Shown piece by piece: positions 27,327 through 35,845 of a DNA stretch of 64,000 nt. The translations under genes and the position numbers were made by a program. The stretch is from positions 15,941-79,940 of the IMG/VR virus record IMGVR_UViG_3300024978_000004. One strand, written 5' to 3'. How positions within the stretch are numbered: the stretch's first letter is position 1; every line of letters begins with the position of its first letter. Under the pieces are notes generated by a model. That model searched no databases. It worked only from the letters and a program-made list of their open reading frames with translations, and was not told where the DNA came from. This DNA comes from a virus.

Positions 27327-28397
27327 ATGTTACTCGACGGCATTACACTTACAAGCACTTCGGAAGTTCAAAACGTTCATGTTGAATCCGGCACGACTTT
27401 CCCTTTATCTCCAACTATCGGGCGTGCGTTTTATCTCACTGCCTCAGGTGGTGGTTATGATATTGGTTTTTACATTTACAATGGCACAGATTGGATCACT
27501 GGTGATGTAACAGGGGTTTCTGTTGGTACTGGTTTAACTGGTGGCGGCGTTTCCGGCAACATCACGTTAAACATCGACACCACCGTTATGGCAACAAAGG
27601 ACTATGTAAACACTCTCGTTACAACTGGTGCTGTTTGGGTTGAGCCAATTGCAGCTAACGGTTTGGTTGGTGATAACCTTTCTACACCTCCTGGTTCTCC
27701 AGCAGTGCGCGATTCGTATATTGTTTTAGCTACCGGAACCGGTGCATGGACAGGACTTGACGGACATTTGGTAGAGTGGAACGGTTCCGCTTGGGTGGAT
27801 TTGGGACTTGTTACAATTGGTATGAGAATTGGTTTATCTATGGAGTCTGTTACTACTTGTACAGGTTCCTTTGTCGGACACGATAACGAAATTGTTACTA
27901 TTACAGGTGTCGGCCCTCTTACGTATTCATACACAGCACCCACAGATGGTATGTCTGTTTTGGTGAACACTGCTGCATCCTATGATGCGTATCATGCTTA
28001 CTTCTACCAGGGGGCTACCTCGTCTTGGGTTGAGTTCGTTGGTCCACCAGTCGTCCAAACAATTCCATACGATATCAGTGGTTCTATTCTCGGTAAACCA
28101 GCTGGCGGTGCTGTTGTAACACGATTTGTTGCCGTTCGTGGTTTCAGTATTCCTGCAAACTGCACAGGTAGTGTTGGTAAAGCAGCAACAGCCGCAACCA
28201 ATTCGACCACCTTATCCCTTCAAAAGAATGGTGTTCAGTTTGGTACAATGGTATTTGCTGCAAGCGGAACCGTCGCTACATTTACTGCATCCAGCACATC
28301 GTTCATCGCCGGTGACATCTTTACTGTTGTTGCGCCAGGTACCGCAGATACAACATTTGGTGATGCTGAATACACATTCGTGTGCACATTAGCTTAA
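27327..28397 (+). CDS. Virion tail-fibre-type protein (DUF2793-like domain plus shared C-terminal domain)
   Basis: Start re-called to MLLDG (27327); PPGSP...YIV...GAWTG.DG....WNG.AW; late promoter CATAAATA at 27266-27273. Confidence 0.75.
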   Translation: MLLDGITLTSTSEVQNVHVESGTTFPLSPTIGRAFYLTASGGGYDIGFYIYNGTDWITGDVTGVSVGTGLTGGGVSGNITLNIDTTVMATKDYVNTLVTTGAVWVEPIAANGLVGDNLSTPPGSPAVRDSYIVLATGTGAWTGLDGHLVEWNGSAWVDLGLVTIGMRIGLSMESVTTCTGSFVGHDNEIVTITGVGPLTYSYTAPTDGMSVLVNTAASYDAYHAYFYQGATSSWVEFVGPPVVQTIPYDISGSILGKPAGGAVVTRFVAVRGFSIPANCTGSVGKAATAATNSTTLSLQKNGVQFGTMVFAASGTVATFTASSTSFIAGDIFTVVAPGTADTTFGDAEYTFVCTLA

Positions 28398-28425
28398 TCA
28401 TCACACATTTTCAAGGAGCAGTAAT

Positions 28426-29895
28426 ATGTTATTAGATGGTGTAACTCTCGTAGCCGGTTCGGAAATACAGAACGTTCATGTAGAATCAGGCACTACATTC
28501 CCTGTTGGACCAGCTCAAGGTAGGATGTTCTATTTAACGACCGCGAGTGGTGGTAATTCTATCGGTCTTTATGTGTTTGATGGAACCTCGTGGATTACGG
28601 GGGACATTACAAGCTTGACAGCCGGAAGTGGTTTGACTGGAGGTGGTGTCGCGGGGGACATCAGCTTTGCTGTAGACACTTCTGTTATTGCAACCAACAC
28701 GTCTGTTTCTACAGCCGTAGGTGTTGTTAGTGGTGATCTTGCTACTCACACTGCGGATGCAACAGTGCACTTGACATCTGCTCAAAACACTTTGCTAGAT
28801 GGACTAAATGGTTCTTTGACGTCTGCCGAAGTTAATTATTTGGTGGGCGTAACGGGTGCTGTTCAAACACAAATCGATTCCAAAGTTGCAAAAGCTGGTG
28901 ATACAATGACTGGTAATTTGGTCATGCAAGCCGAACAAACAATTACGGTACCAACACCAACTGGTGGTTTTACTGCTTCAAATGCTGTTAATAGAGCTTA
29001 TGTTGATGCTCTTGCATCAGGATTAACGTGGTTAAACCCAATCCTTGATCCAGATTTGATGGATGATAGTTTGAGTGCACCTCCTGTATCTCCTGTTGTA
29101 AATGCCGTGTATTTAATTGGCGCCACTGCATCCGGTGCTTGGACGGGTCTTGAAGGACACGCTGTATATTGGTCGGGTACTGCATGGGTTGATATTTTGG
29201 GCCGGGTTGTTGCTGTTGGTGATCGTTTTGGTGTCACTATGGAGCATGGTTCGGGTACTGAGGGTGGTAATATGGCTACACACCATAACGACATTGCCCA
29301 AGTTACTAATGCAACCCCAGGTTCATATGCTTATACATTTACAACACCACTTTCCGGTCAAGCTACCTTTGTAAATAACGCATCATCACAACACTTCGGA
29401 CACTCATACGTATACGATTCAGCTTCAATAGCGTGGATAGAATTTGGTGGTCCTAATGCAACCCCAGCAGGTGTTGGCTTGGGTTATACTGGTAATGTAC
29501 TGAACGTTAATTTGGGTGCAGGTGTTGCTGAGTTACCAACTGATGAAGTTGGTTTAGATTTATATTCCGCCTCCGGGTTAATGTTAACAGTGGATGGTAC
29601 AACTCCATCATCTGCAACTGCCGCACAACTTGCTGTAAAAGTGGATGGTACAACGTTAACTCGTTCAGCAAATGGATTGAAGGTTGCAGATGTTGGATAT
29701 AATGTTTTCACAGCAACTGCTTCACAAACCGTATTCACATTCTCCGGATTTACCAATGTGGTTGGTTCACATCGCTTGATGGTATTTGTGAGTGGTATCA
29801 AACAATTGGAAAGTGCTTACACAGAGACTACTACAGATATTACACTATCTACTGGTCTTACTGCCGGTACATCTGTAGAAATCTACTTTAGATAA
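28426..29895 (+). CDS. Virion tail-fibre-type protein, paralogue of the preceding gene
   Basis: Shares the MLLDG..L...SE.QNVHVESGTTFP N-terminus and the DUF2793-like segment; different C-terminus. Confidence 0.75.
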   Translation: MLLDGVTLVAGSEIQNVHVESGTTFPVGPAQGRMFYLTTASGGNSIGLYVFDGTSWITGDITSLTAGSGLTGGGVAGDISFAVDTSVIATNTSVSTAVGVVSGDLATHTADATVHLTSAQNTLLDGLNGSLTSAEVNYLVGVTGAVQTQIDSKVAKAGDTMTGNLVMQAEQTITVPTPTGGFTASNAVNRAYVDALASGLTWLNPILDPDLMDDSLSAPPVSPVVNAVYLIGATASGAWTGLEGHAVYWSGTAWVDILGRVVAVGDRFGVTMEHGSGTEGGNMATHHNDIAQVTNATPGSYAYTFTTPLSGQATFVNNASSQHFGHSYVYDSASIAWIEFGGPNATPAGVGLGYTGNVLNVNLGAGVAELPTDEVGLDLYSASGLMLTVDGTTPSSATAAQLAVKVDGTTLTRSANGLKVADVGYNVFTATASQTVFTFSGFTNVVGSHRLMVFVSGIKQLESAYTETTTDITLSTGLTAGTSVEIYFR

Positions 29896-29910
29896 TAGGA
29901 GAGTTTAATT

Positions 29911-30294
29911 ATGTCGTTAACAACAATTTCATTAGATGTGGTACCAGCAGCACTAAAGGCATATGATATTGCTGGCAGTACTATTGGAAAACCAGCAAAT
30001 GCAGCAACCATTGCAAGGTTTGTTGCAGTCCGTCCTTTCACTTTACCAGCCAACTTAACGGGTAGCTATGCAAAAGCTGGTGTAGCATCAACAGCCGCCG
30101 CATTATTCACTATCAATAAGAACGGTTCTTCCGTTGGCAATTTTACATATGGTATTGGTTCTGCAATCGGTGCATTTACGTTTGCATCTGATGTTTCGTT
30201 TGCAGCAGGTGATGTGTTAACCGTTGTTGGTCCAGGAACTGCTGATAGTACATTGTCCGATCTTCAGTTCACGTTTGCTGGTGTATTGGTATAA
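29911..30294 (+). CDS. Stand-alone copy of the shared beta-rich C-terminal domain
   Basis: YDIAGSTIGKP...RFVAVRPFTLP...KNGSSVG...F.AGDVLTVVGPGTADSTLSD. Confidence 0.7.
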   Translation: MSLTTISLDVVPAALKAYDIAGSTIGKPANAATIARFVAVRPFTLPANLTGSYAKAGVASTAAALFTINKNGSSVGNFTYGIGSAIGAFTFASDVSFAAGDVLTVVGPGTADSTLSDLQFTFAGVLV

Positions 30295-30341
30295 AGAATT
30301 CACGCTTAGGACCGTGATATCAGTAGAGGGATACTACTGAG

Positions 30342-30367
30342 AAAATCCCCACGAAAGTGGGGATTTT
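30342..30367 (+). terminator. Rho-independent (probably bidirectional) terminator
   Basis: AAAATCCCCAC-GAAA-GTGGGGATTTT between convergent genes. Confidence 0.85.
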
Positions 30368-30370
30368 TGT

Positions 30371-30811
30371 TTATTGAGGTTGTACCTTACGAATAACTTT
30401 ACGTGTTTTGTGATACTTTTTAACCACATGACGTTTTTTCTGTTGTTTTTCGATTTTGGGTGGCGGTTTAAGACTGTTTATACGGTCCTCTTCCATTCGT
30501 TTCATATCTTCCAGTAAGTTGTTGTAGCCCACAGTTGTACATTGATTATAAAAATTTGTATATGTGTCGGCAGGATTTTTTGTTTTAAGGTAAAAAGCTT
30601 CCTGTTTAATACGTTGAAATGGAAATGTGACCGCTACAGGTTCACCTGTAAAAGAATCAATATCCGGCAAGGTTACACCCATGTCGCGTAGAGTTGCTAC
30701 ACTACGTGCATATGCACCTACCTTATCACATTGAGTATCGATGTGTTGTTGTGGGAACCCAGCACATCCTGTTAGTAACACTACGATTCCAATCGATAGT
30801 AATTTTAACAT
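30371..30811 (-). CDS. Lipoprotein
   Basis: Lipobox LTGC; basic C-terminus. Confidence 0.7.
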   Translation of the reverse strand: MLKLLSIGIVVLLTGCAGFPQQHIDTQCDKVGAYARSVATLRDMGVTLPDIDSFTGEPVAVTFPFQRIKQEAFYLKTKNPADTYTNFYNQCTTVGYNNLLEDMKRMEEDRINSLKPPPKIEKQQKKRHVVKKYHKTRKVIRKVQPQ

Positions 30812-30820
30812 ACAGTTCTC

Positions 30821-31162
30821 CTATTTAATTAATAATGTGTCGTTTGAGCAACACGATTTTAATTTTTCATACACATCAGGCATGACGTTGATGCATCCAT
30901 TCGTTATGGTTCTATCTCCAACATTTCCTGACATCAACCGGTCCATTCGGTGCTGCGTTGGATTTAACAAATAAACACGATGGATTGCATACCATTCTGT
31001 GGATGTTTCTTTAAATTGTAACACATCACCACCATAACCTCGTTGTTCTGTAATAAGTTGATGAATTTGAAATTCACCTTTTGGTGTATGTGTACCAATT
31101 AATGCTGGATAGCACGAATTAGCAAAACAAATTGTTGCTGTGATTAGATTAACTATAACCAT
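30821..31162 (-). CDS. YkuD-like L,D-transpeptidase domain protein
   Basis: YAIHRV...TNGCINV catalytic-type motif; start re-called to ATG 31162. Confidence 0.65.
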   Translation of the reverse strand: MVIVNLITATICFANSCYPALIGTHTPKGEFQIHQLITEQRGYGGDVLQFKETSTEWYAIHRVYLLNPTQHRMDRLMSGNVGDRTITNGCINVMPDVYEKLKSCCSNDTLLIK

Positions 31163-31170
31163 AATACGAT

Positions 31171-31193
31171 AAAAAGGGGGCAACCCCCCTTTT
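31171..31193 (-). terminator. Rho-independent terminator ending the riboswitch-led transcript
   Basis: Minus strand GGGGG..TTG..CCCCC followed by TTTTT, immediately after the 31192 stop. Confidence 0.7.
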
Positions 31194-31587
31194 ATTCTTT
31201 ACCCTTCTTTACTGGAACCTCTTTATAAATCACAATTGGTACCGCCGGAACAGGCTTTTCCGTGACATGTGGTCGAATATACAAATATTCCCCCCGTCCA
31301 AGTTTTGGAGCCCAGTTGTAACTGTCACACTTCAACGTTGTTGACTCTTTCGCGCAATCAACATCGACAACACGAGGCCAAATTGTTGCAGCAGTAGGAA
31401 ATCCAGGCATGTATTGTGGAGCATGGTACATACCATCCATCACTGGTGGGGCTTGTTCTACCCCAACTTCACCAGGAGTTCCCGAACCAAGCGGTGTGCG
31501 GACGATGCTAACATCTGTTGCTAATGCCACTTGAGAACATGCCAATGCAGCTAACAACGTCACTACCCTAATATCTTTTGTATTCAT
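31192..31587 (-). CDS. Exported protein (signal peptide)
   Basis: MNTKDIRVVTLLAALACSQVALA signal; ...YHAPQYMPGFPTAATIWPRVV.VDC...C; RBS AAGGAG. Confidence 0.75.
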   Translation of the reverse strand: MNTKDIRVVTLLAALACSQVALATDVSIVRTPLGSGTPGEVGVEQAPPVMDGMYHAPQYMPGFPTAATIWPRVVDVDCAKESTTLKCDSYNWAPKLGRGEYLYIRPHVTEKPVPAVPIVIYKEVPVKKGKE

Positions 31588-31615
31588 GTGCTTCTCCTTT
31601 TAGAAATAAGTCAAA

Positions 31616-32362
31616 TCACTTATCGTCTTTGGTTGGGCACTTAAAACCAGTTTCTTCAAGAGCTTCTTTGTTGAGATCATCCATACACATACGGGCCATA
31701 GCCGCAGCCTTGAATCCCATATTCCACATTTCACGGGAGTTCTTCAACATTACACAGTTTTTGTCAGACCACGTAGAGCCGAGATTGATTCCGAATCCAG
31801 GAACTGAAATACCGCCACTAGACGAACCCATACAGGTATCATTGGAACTAGTTAATGCAGAGGCACTAACATCAGGTGTATTACGAATCGTTACTTTGCT
31901 GGGACTCGTAAAAGTGACATTTTGTGAGGCATTGTTGGAATTAGCGTTTGCGCCGGCGCCTACGGAACCGCCACTAACGTCACCAACTGTTGCATTGACG
32001 TCACCCACTTTGGCGGATGGAGAAAAGTTTCCGCCGCCATTACCAACAGAGGAATTTCCACTATCTTTAACGGACGAATTACCACCCGCGACGTTACCTA
32101 CCGATCCACCTGCTCCACCAATACCAACTCCCACCCCAACTCCAAAGCCGGTTGCGGTCGAACTTGAACTCGATGATGAACTTGAACTCGACGATGAACC
32201 ATTGGAACCGCCATTACAACTATTGCCTTGACAATAGTGAGTGTTGGTATGAGTGTTGGTTTTGGTATCACCATGTTTGCCGTTACCGAGGGGTTGGGTT
32301 GCGAAAGCCGAGCCGGAGACAAGCATAGCAGCTAATGCAACTGCAAGTAATGTTTTATTCAT
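31616..32362 (-). CDS. Exported Ser/Gly-rich protein with Cys-containing C-terminal domain
   Basis: Start re-called to MNKTLLAVALAAMLVSGSAFA (AAGGAG RBS); poly-Ser/Gly linker; C-terminal domain with 4 Cys. Confidence 0.8.
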   Translation of the reverse strand: MNKTLLAVALAAMLVSGSAFATQPLGNGKHGDTKTNTHTNTHYCQGNSCNGGSNGSSSSSSSSSSSSSTATGFGVGVGVGIGGAGGSVGNVAGGNSSVKDSGNSSVGNGGGNFSPSAKVGDVNATVGDVSGGSVGAGANANSNNASQNVTFTSPSKVTIRNTPDVSASALTSSNDTCMGSSSGGISVPGFGINLGSTWSDKNCVMLKNSREMWNMGFKAAAMARMCMDDLNKEALEETGFKCPTKDDK

Positions 32363-32398
32363 TTGTAAATCTCCTTTAATTGAAATTAATGGAAGACT

Positions 32399-32486
32399 CA
32401 CGGTAATTCCCGCTGCCATTGAAGTTACTCTTTAGGCCGGTGAACTTTGTGCCCCAGTCTTTCGAACTGGTATACCCTTTACATGT
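32399..32486 (-). promoter_or_regulatory. c-di-GMP-I (GEMM-I) riboswitch aptamer
   Basis: CATGTAAAAGGGTATACCAGTTC-GAAA-GACTGGGGCACAAAGTTCACCGGCCTAAAGAGTAACTTCAATGGCAGCGGGAATTACCGTG: GAAA tetraloop in P2, CCUAA...AUGG receptor in P3, and G20/A47/C92 equivalents intact relative to Vibrio Vc2. Confidence 0.88.
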
Positions 32487-32538
32487 ATTCTTCTTGTTTT
32501 ACTTACCCTTTCGCGGAATGCAAAAGGACAATATTAAT

Positions 32539-32567
32539 ATTGTATTTCCAATATCTTAAAAAGTCAA
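32539..32567 (-). promoter_or_regulatory. sigma70-type promoter driving the riboswitch leader
   Basis: TTGACT (32567-32562), 17-nt spacer, TACAAT (32544-32539). Confidence 0.8.
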
Positions 32568-33124
32568 CAGTCTATAATTGACCACATCTCACTGCTAATA
32601 TAACTCAACAATTGCTGGAATCTGTTTTCTTTTTGTAGATTAAAAACAGGAATTTTGTAGTCGTCAGCAATTCGTATTGCTTGTCCAGTCCCACCCGTAC
32701 CAACAGTTGTTTGTGATCCTTGTTCCACACCATCTTGTGTCCAACACACAACTAGTTTAACAGGGTCATTGAGATTGGGACCCAGTACTTGATACCCATT
32801 GCGTGCCATAAGTTTTCGTGCAAATGGTGGCAATATTTTCCAAGTGGGGTGATATTTTTCAGCTAAATCAAACGCTTCATCTGTAAGGTTATATAAAGAA
32901 GAGGTACTATTGTTAAATCCTCTTGATGGCAGATATATTTCTTTATTCCCACCAAATTGGTCATATGCAATCTCAAACGCCAGGTCGGCGCCGTCGGCGC
33001 CACCTGATCGCAACACCCAATTTCTTTTTGCTAACAAAGAAGAAATAGCAATAATCTGTTTAGTTGCGTGTGGAGGTGTAGAACGACTACCTATTCCAGC
33101 AAAACTTATAACACCGTTACTCAT
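32564..33124 (-). CDS. SLOG-superfamily (DprA/Smf-like) protein
   Basis: FAGIGSRSTP...LRSGGADGADLAFE...GGTGQAIRIA. Confidence 0.8.
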   Translation of the reverse strand: MSNGVISFAGIGSRSTPPHATKQIIAISSLLAKRNWVLRSGGADGADLAFEIAYDQFGGNKEIYLPSRGFNNSTSSLYNLTDEAFDLAEKYHPTWKILPPFARKLMARNGYQVLGPNLNDPVKLVVCWTQDGVEQGSQTTVGTGGTGQAIRIADDYKIPVFNLQKENRFQQLLSYISSEMWSIIDC

Positions 33125-33321
33125 TTTACTACCCTTACGCCAATATCAAAATCACATTCTGTGCAATAAACGTGACCTTTCGTTCTCACGAGAGAATCAT
33201 ATCCATGAATAGGACAACAAAACAGGTCATGCCGCAGGTTTTCGTCCAATGGATATTGTGCTTCAGAGTATGGATACCCACAATCAGGACACTCCATGCG
33301 CATGCTTATTCTGTTACACAT
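33121..33321 (-). CDS. Small Zn-finger protein
   Basis: CPDC, CCPIH and CTEC motifs; start re-called to 33321. Confidence 0.55.
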   Translation of the reverse strand: MCNRISMRMECPDCGYPYSEAQYPLDENLRHDLFCCPIHGYDSLVRTKGHVYCTECDFDIGVRVVK

Positions 33322-33323
33322 AA

Positions 33324-34295
33324 TTAATCTTCGATATAAACGTGATCGATGTGGTGTAGAACAAACAACAACATAATACTCGATACCAACATCAACAGAG
33401 GATTGAACAGCCAACACACAAACGGAATAGAAAGATAATAGCTCCTCATACCAAGACTATAATAAGCACCGCCCCTATTAAGAACTCGTGACACATAATC
33501 ACTGTCGATATACGGCGATTTACAGTTGACCAAATAACCTACGTGGTTGAACATTCGTACGGACAAAGTGAACATAAAGAAGGCGGTAAATAACGTGAAC
33601 AACAACGGCCCAACCTTGAAAGCATGTAACGCTGAATGTTGAGACGAAACTGCAATTGCATCTGATACTGTGCCAAAGTGTGAAATGTTCAACACTCCAA
33701 TTATCAACAAGATTGCTGTAGATGCTAAAAATGTCGCAGCCATTGTTGAATTTCGTAGTGTTTGCACTGCCAACACCTCAAAGTTATCGTGTGACATAAT
33801 GGACCGAACCCACGCGGAACGGGCTTGAGTGGTAATAGTTTGGAAAGTTGAATATGATGGGTCTTTACGAGTTCGGACATAAACCACTATATGATATCCA
33901 GCTAACAAAACAATACTAATGGAAAATAAAATTAGGTTACGATAGTGTCCCCACACTACATCAATAACTGTTTTCTGATGCCGCTCAAACGTAATGACGG
34001 GTGGGGGCTGATTTTTACTTTTCATTAGAGTTTGAGCATATTCGCTGCCATTTTTAGCAGCAAGGCCAATCCATTTATCCGCCATCACAGCGTCGGGTTT
34101 GAGACCATATTCACCACTTTGATATGCCAAACCAAGCATTAACTGTCCTTTTCGATCGCCACTATCCGCAAGATTTTGCAAAACTGCCAGGTCAGATTTG
34201 TTAATATCAGCTTGATTTCTAGGTTCGAAAATATAAGCGGCTGTAATTACAGCAATCATTACAGCAATGAATGATAGAGTTTTAAGATGTTTCAT
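33324..34295 (-). CDS. Sel1-repeat plus DUF599 membrane protein
   Basis: N-terminal TM; Sel1-like LADSGDRKGQLMLGLAYQSG...KWIGLAAKNG; DUF599-like AR.AWVRSIM...LAVQTLRNSTMAATFLAST. Confidence 0.75.
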   Translation of the reverse strand: MKHLKTLSFIAVMIAVITAAYIFEPRNQADINKSDLAVLQNLADSGDRKGQLMLGLAYQSGEYGLKPDAVMADKWIGLAAKNGSEYAQTLMKSKNQPPPVITFERHQKTVIDVVWGHYRNLILFSISIVLLAGYHIVVYVRTRKDPSYSTFQTITTQARSAWVRSIMSHDNFEVLAVQTLRNSTMAATFLASTAILLIIGVLNISHFGTVSDAIAVSSQHSALHAFKVGPLLFTLFTAFFMFTLSVRMFNHVGYLVNCKSPYIDSDYVSRVLNRGGAYYSLGMRSYYLSIPFVCWLFNPLLMLVSSIMLLFVLHHIDHVYIED

Positions 34296-34322
34296 TTTTT
34301 ATCCTTTGTGTGTTTATTTTGG

Positions 34323-34628
34323 TTATTTTAAATCGTTCCAATTAACACGCACAAGCACGATGTGTAAATCCGGGCGAAATTGTGATGCCATTTTCATTAA
34401 TGGTTCGTCGTTAATGAAATACAATGTTACTGGTGAGTGTGATGGGAATTTTGTAAGAACACACACAAAATCTACGGTATCCGCAATCACCACTCTCTTA
34501 GCGTCGTGTAACTCCAACATGGATGTATTTTCCATAGTGTCGAACACAACTTTTGGTCCATCTGTCCACTGTTTAAATGTGGATGGAGTGTAATCAATTG
34601 TTTTAATAATCGTAAGCAGTTCATCCAT
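34323..34628 (-). CDS. Hypothetical protein
   Basis: 101 aa in the run. Confidence 0.6.
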   Translation of the reverse strand: MDELLTIIKTIDYTPSTFKQWTDGPKVVFDTMENTSMLELHDAKRVVIADTVDFVCVLTKFPSHSPVTLYFINDEPLMKMASQFRPDLHIVLVRVNWNDLK

Positions 34629-35050
34629 TATTTTTCACCTTTAGTCCAATATGAGTATGGAATGTAATCGATATTTTGGTAATTGTAGTGGCCTCTGATA
34701 TATTGTCGGTTGTACTCATTTACAGTTTCTTGGTCTAACCGCGGATCATTAATGTGAGTGTTCAGTAGCTCCGCAATATGTATTCGTATTTGACGCAATT
34801 CGCGCATTTTGCGGGTATACTTGGGATTACCGTGTTCTTGTGTACCTCTATTCCGAGCATCCGCCAACTTTTTACGATAAATTTTATGCTCACGCAATTG
34901 TTCCTCTGTCATTCCCGATTTTTGCATCAAACGCCGCAATTCCTTAGCCTCTTCCTTATTCGGAATATGTTTACCTGTTACAGTTGCAGCATAAAACTTT
35001 TTTGCGGTAAGAAAACTGTCTTGTTCATCCATTTTAGTACTCCTTAACAT
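34628..35050 (-). CDS. Hypothetical basic protein
   Basis: About 133-140 aa. Confidence 0.6.
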   Translation of the reverse strand: MLRSTKMDEQDSFLTAKKFYAATVTGKHIPNKEEAKELRRLMQKSGMTEEQLREHKIYRKKLADARNRGTQEHGNPKYTRKMRELRQIRIHIAELLNTHINDPRLDQETVNEYNRQYIRGHYNYQNIDYIPYSYWTKGEK

Positions 35051-35077
35051 GCAACAGCATATGCTGTCTGTGTTCTC

Positions 35078-35305
35078 TCACAAAATTCCCCAATATGTGT
35101 CAATTTTTTCAATAATATCACGAGCCTTATCAACATTAGAGTTGTGCATCAAATCGATTGTGACTCGTCGAGGATTGGTTCCTCCACCCACTCTATAACC
35201 ATTCTCCGACAAAGCTTTGGTGGCCCGCATCGCCTGGAACTCATCTTTCACAAGGAAATCGTGCTCACCCCAGCCACTTTCGTGTACTTCTTCAAATATT
35301 ATCAT
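35078..35305 (-). CDS. Hypothetical protein
   Basis: Start re-called to MIIFEE. Confidence 0.55.
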   Translation of the reverse strand: MIIFEEVHESGWGEHDFLVKDEFQAMRATKALSENGYRVGGGTNPRRVTIDLMHNSNVDKARDIIEKIDTYWGIL

Positions 35306-35315
35306 TAAGTTATCC

Positions 35316-35549
35316 TCACCACGCAACAGCATATGCCGTCCACGACCCATCAGCATTTTGTTCAGTTTCCCAACCCACTCGACGATTGCCACAATCACAA
35401 CGCCTATCATCACCATCCCATCCTTGACAGTCATTGCCACCGTCCCAAACATCAGCACAGTTCCAACCAGAAAATTCAATGTATACTTCTTCTGCACATG
35501 CTTGCATACCAGCAGCAATTGCCTCTTCTTCAGTTAAACCATGATACAT
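35316..35549 (-). CDS. Small Cys/Trp-rich protein
   Basis: C...C.GWDG.DRRCDCGNRRV.W. Confidence 0.65.
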   Translation of the reverse strand: MYHGLTEEEAIAAGMQACAEEVYIEFSGWNCADVWDGGNDCQGWDGDDRRCDCGNRRVGWETEQNADGSWTAYAVAW

Positions 35550-35560
35550 GTTAACATCCT

Positions 35561-35743
35561 TTATAAATAAACATCAGACACAGATTCACTTATAACTTCA
35601 TCATCTAACAGCACCTTTACGGTTGTTTCGATACGCTGTGTATCAAAATAAAGGTCTGCAGACCCGCGCATCACGCTGTTAATCTCAATTTTCAGGTTGT
35701 TGCGAAGATATTCTATTACCTCGATAGCTTCAGAACTCAACAT
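35561..35743 (-). CDS. Hypothetical protein
   Basis: 60 aa. Confidence 0.55.
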   Translation of the reverse strand: MLSSEAIEVIEYLRNNLKIEINSVMRGSADLYFDTQRIETTVKVLLDDEVISESVSDVYL

Positions 35744-35805
35744 AACTAATTCCTCACATTTGATTTATGAAATCAATTATACCCACATTCACACTCATAG
35801 GCAAC

Positions 35806-35831
35806 AAAAAACCACCCGAAGGTGGTTTTTT
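35806..35831 (-). terminator. Rho-independent terminator (cUUCGg)
   Basis: AAAAACCACC-TTCG-GGTGGTTTTT after nampt. Confidence 0.9.
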
Positions 35832-35845
35832 GATGGTTTAGTTAA

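Noticed and set aside
27327-30294. Diversity-generating retroelement TR/VR pair among the paralogous domains
   Set aside because: The copies are diverged at all base types rather than only at adenines, and no reverse transcriptase is present in the window.
30371-31162. Including the YkuD-like and lipoprotein genes in the riboswitch operon
   Set aside because: An intrinsic terminator at 31193-31171 separates them; only read-through would link them.
31578-32231. 217 aa plus-strand ORF (also 3963-4418 and similar)
   Set aside because: Shadows of low-complexity Gly/Ser/Ala-rich minus-strand genes; no RBS or motifs.
32363-32419. N-terminal extension MAAGITVSLPLISIKGDLQ of the 31616 ORF
   Set aside because: It lies within the riboswitch and expression platform. 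The AAGGAG RBS and signal peptide point to ATG 32362.
32399-32486. Reading the riboswitch as the 3'3'-cGAMP (GEMM-Ib) variant
   Set aside because: The base just 5' of the 2-bp G21-U22 helix is G, not the A that marks cGAMP selectivity.
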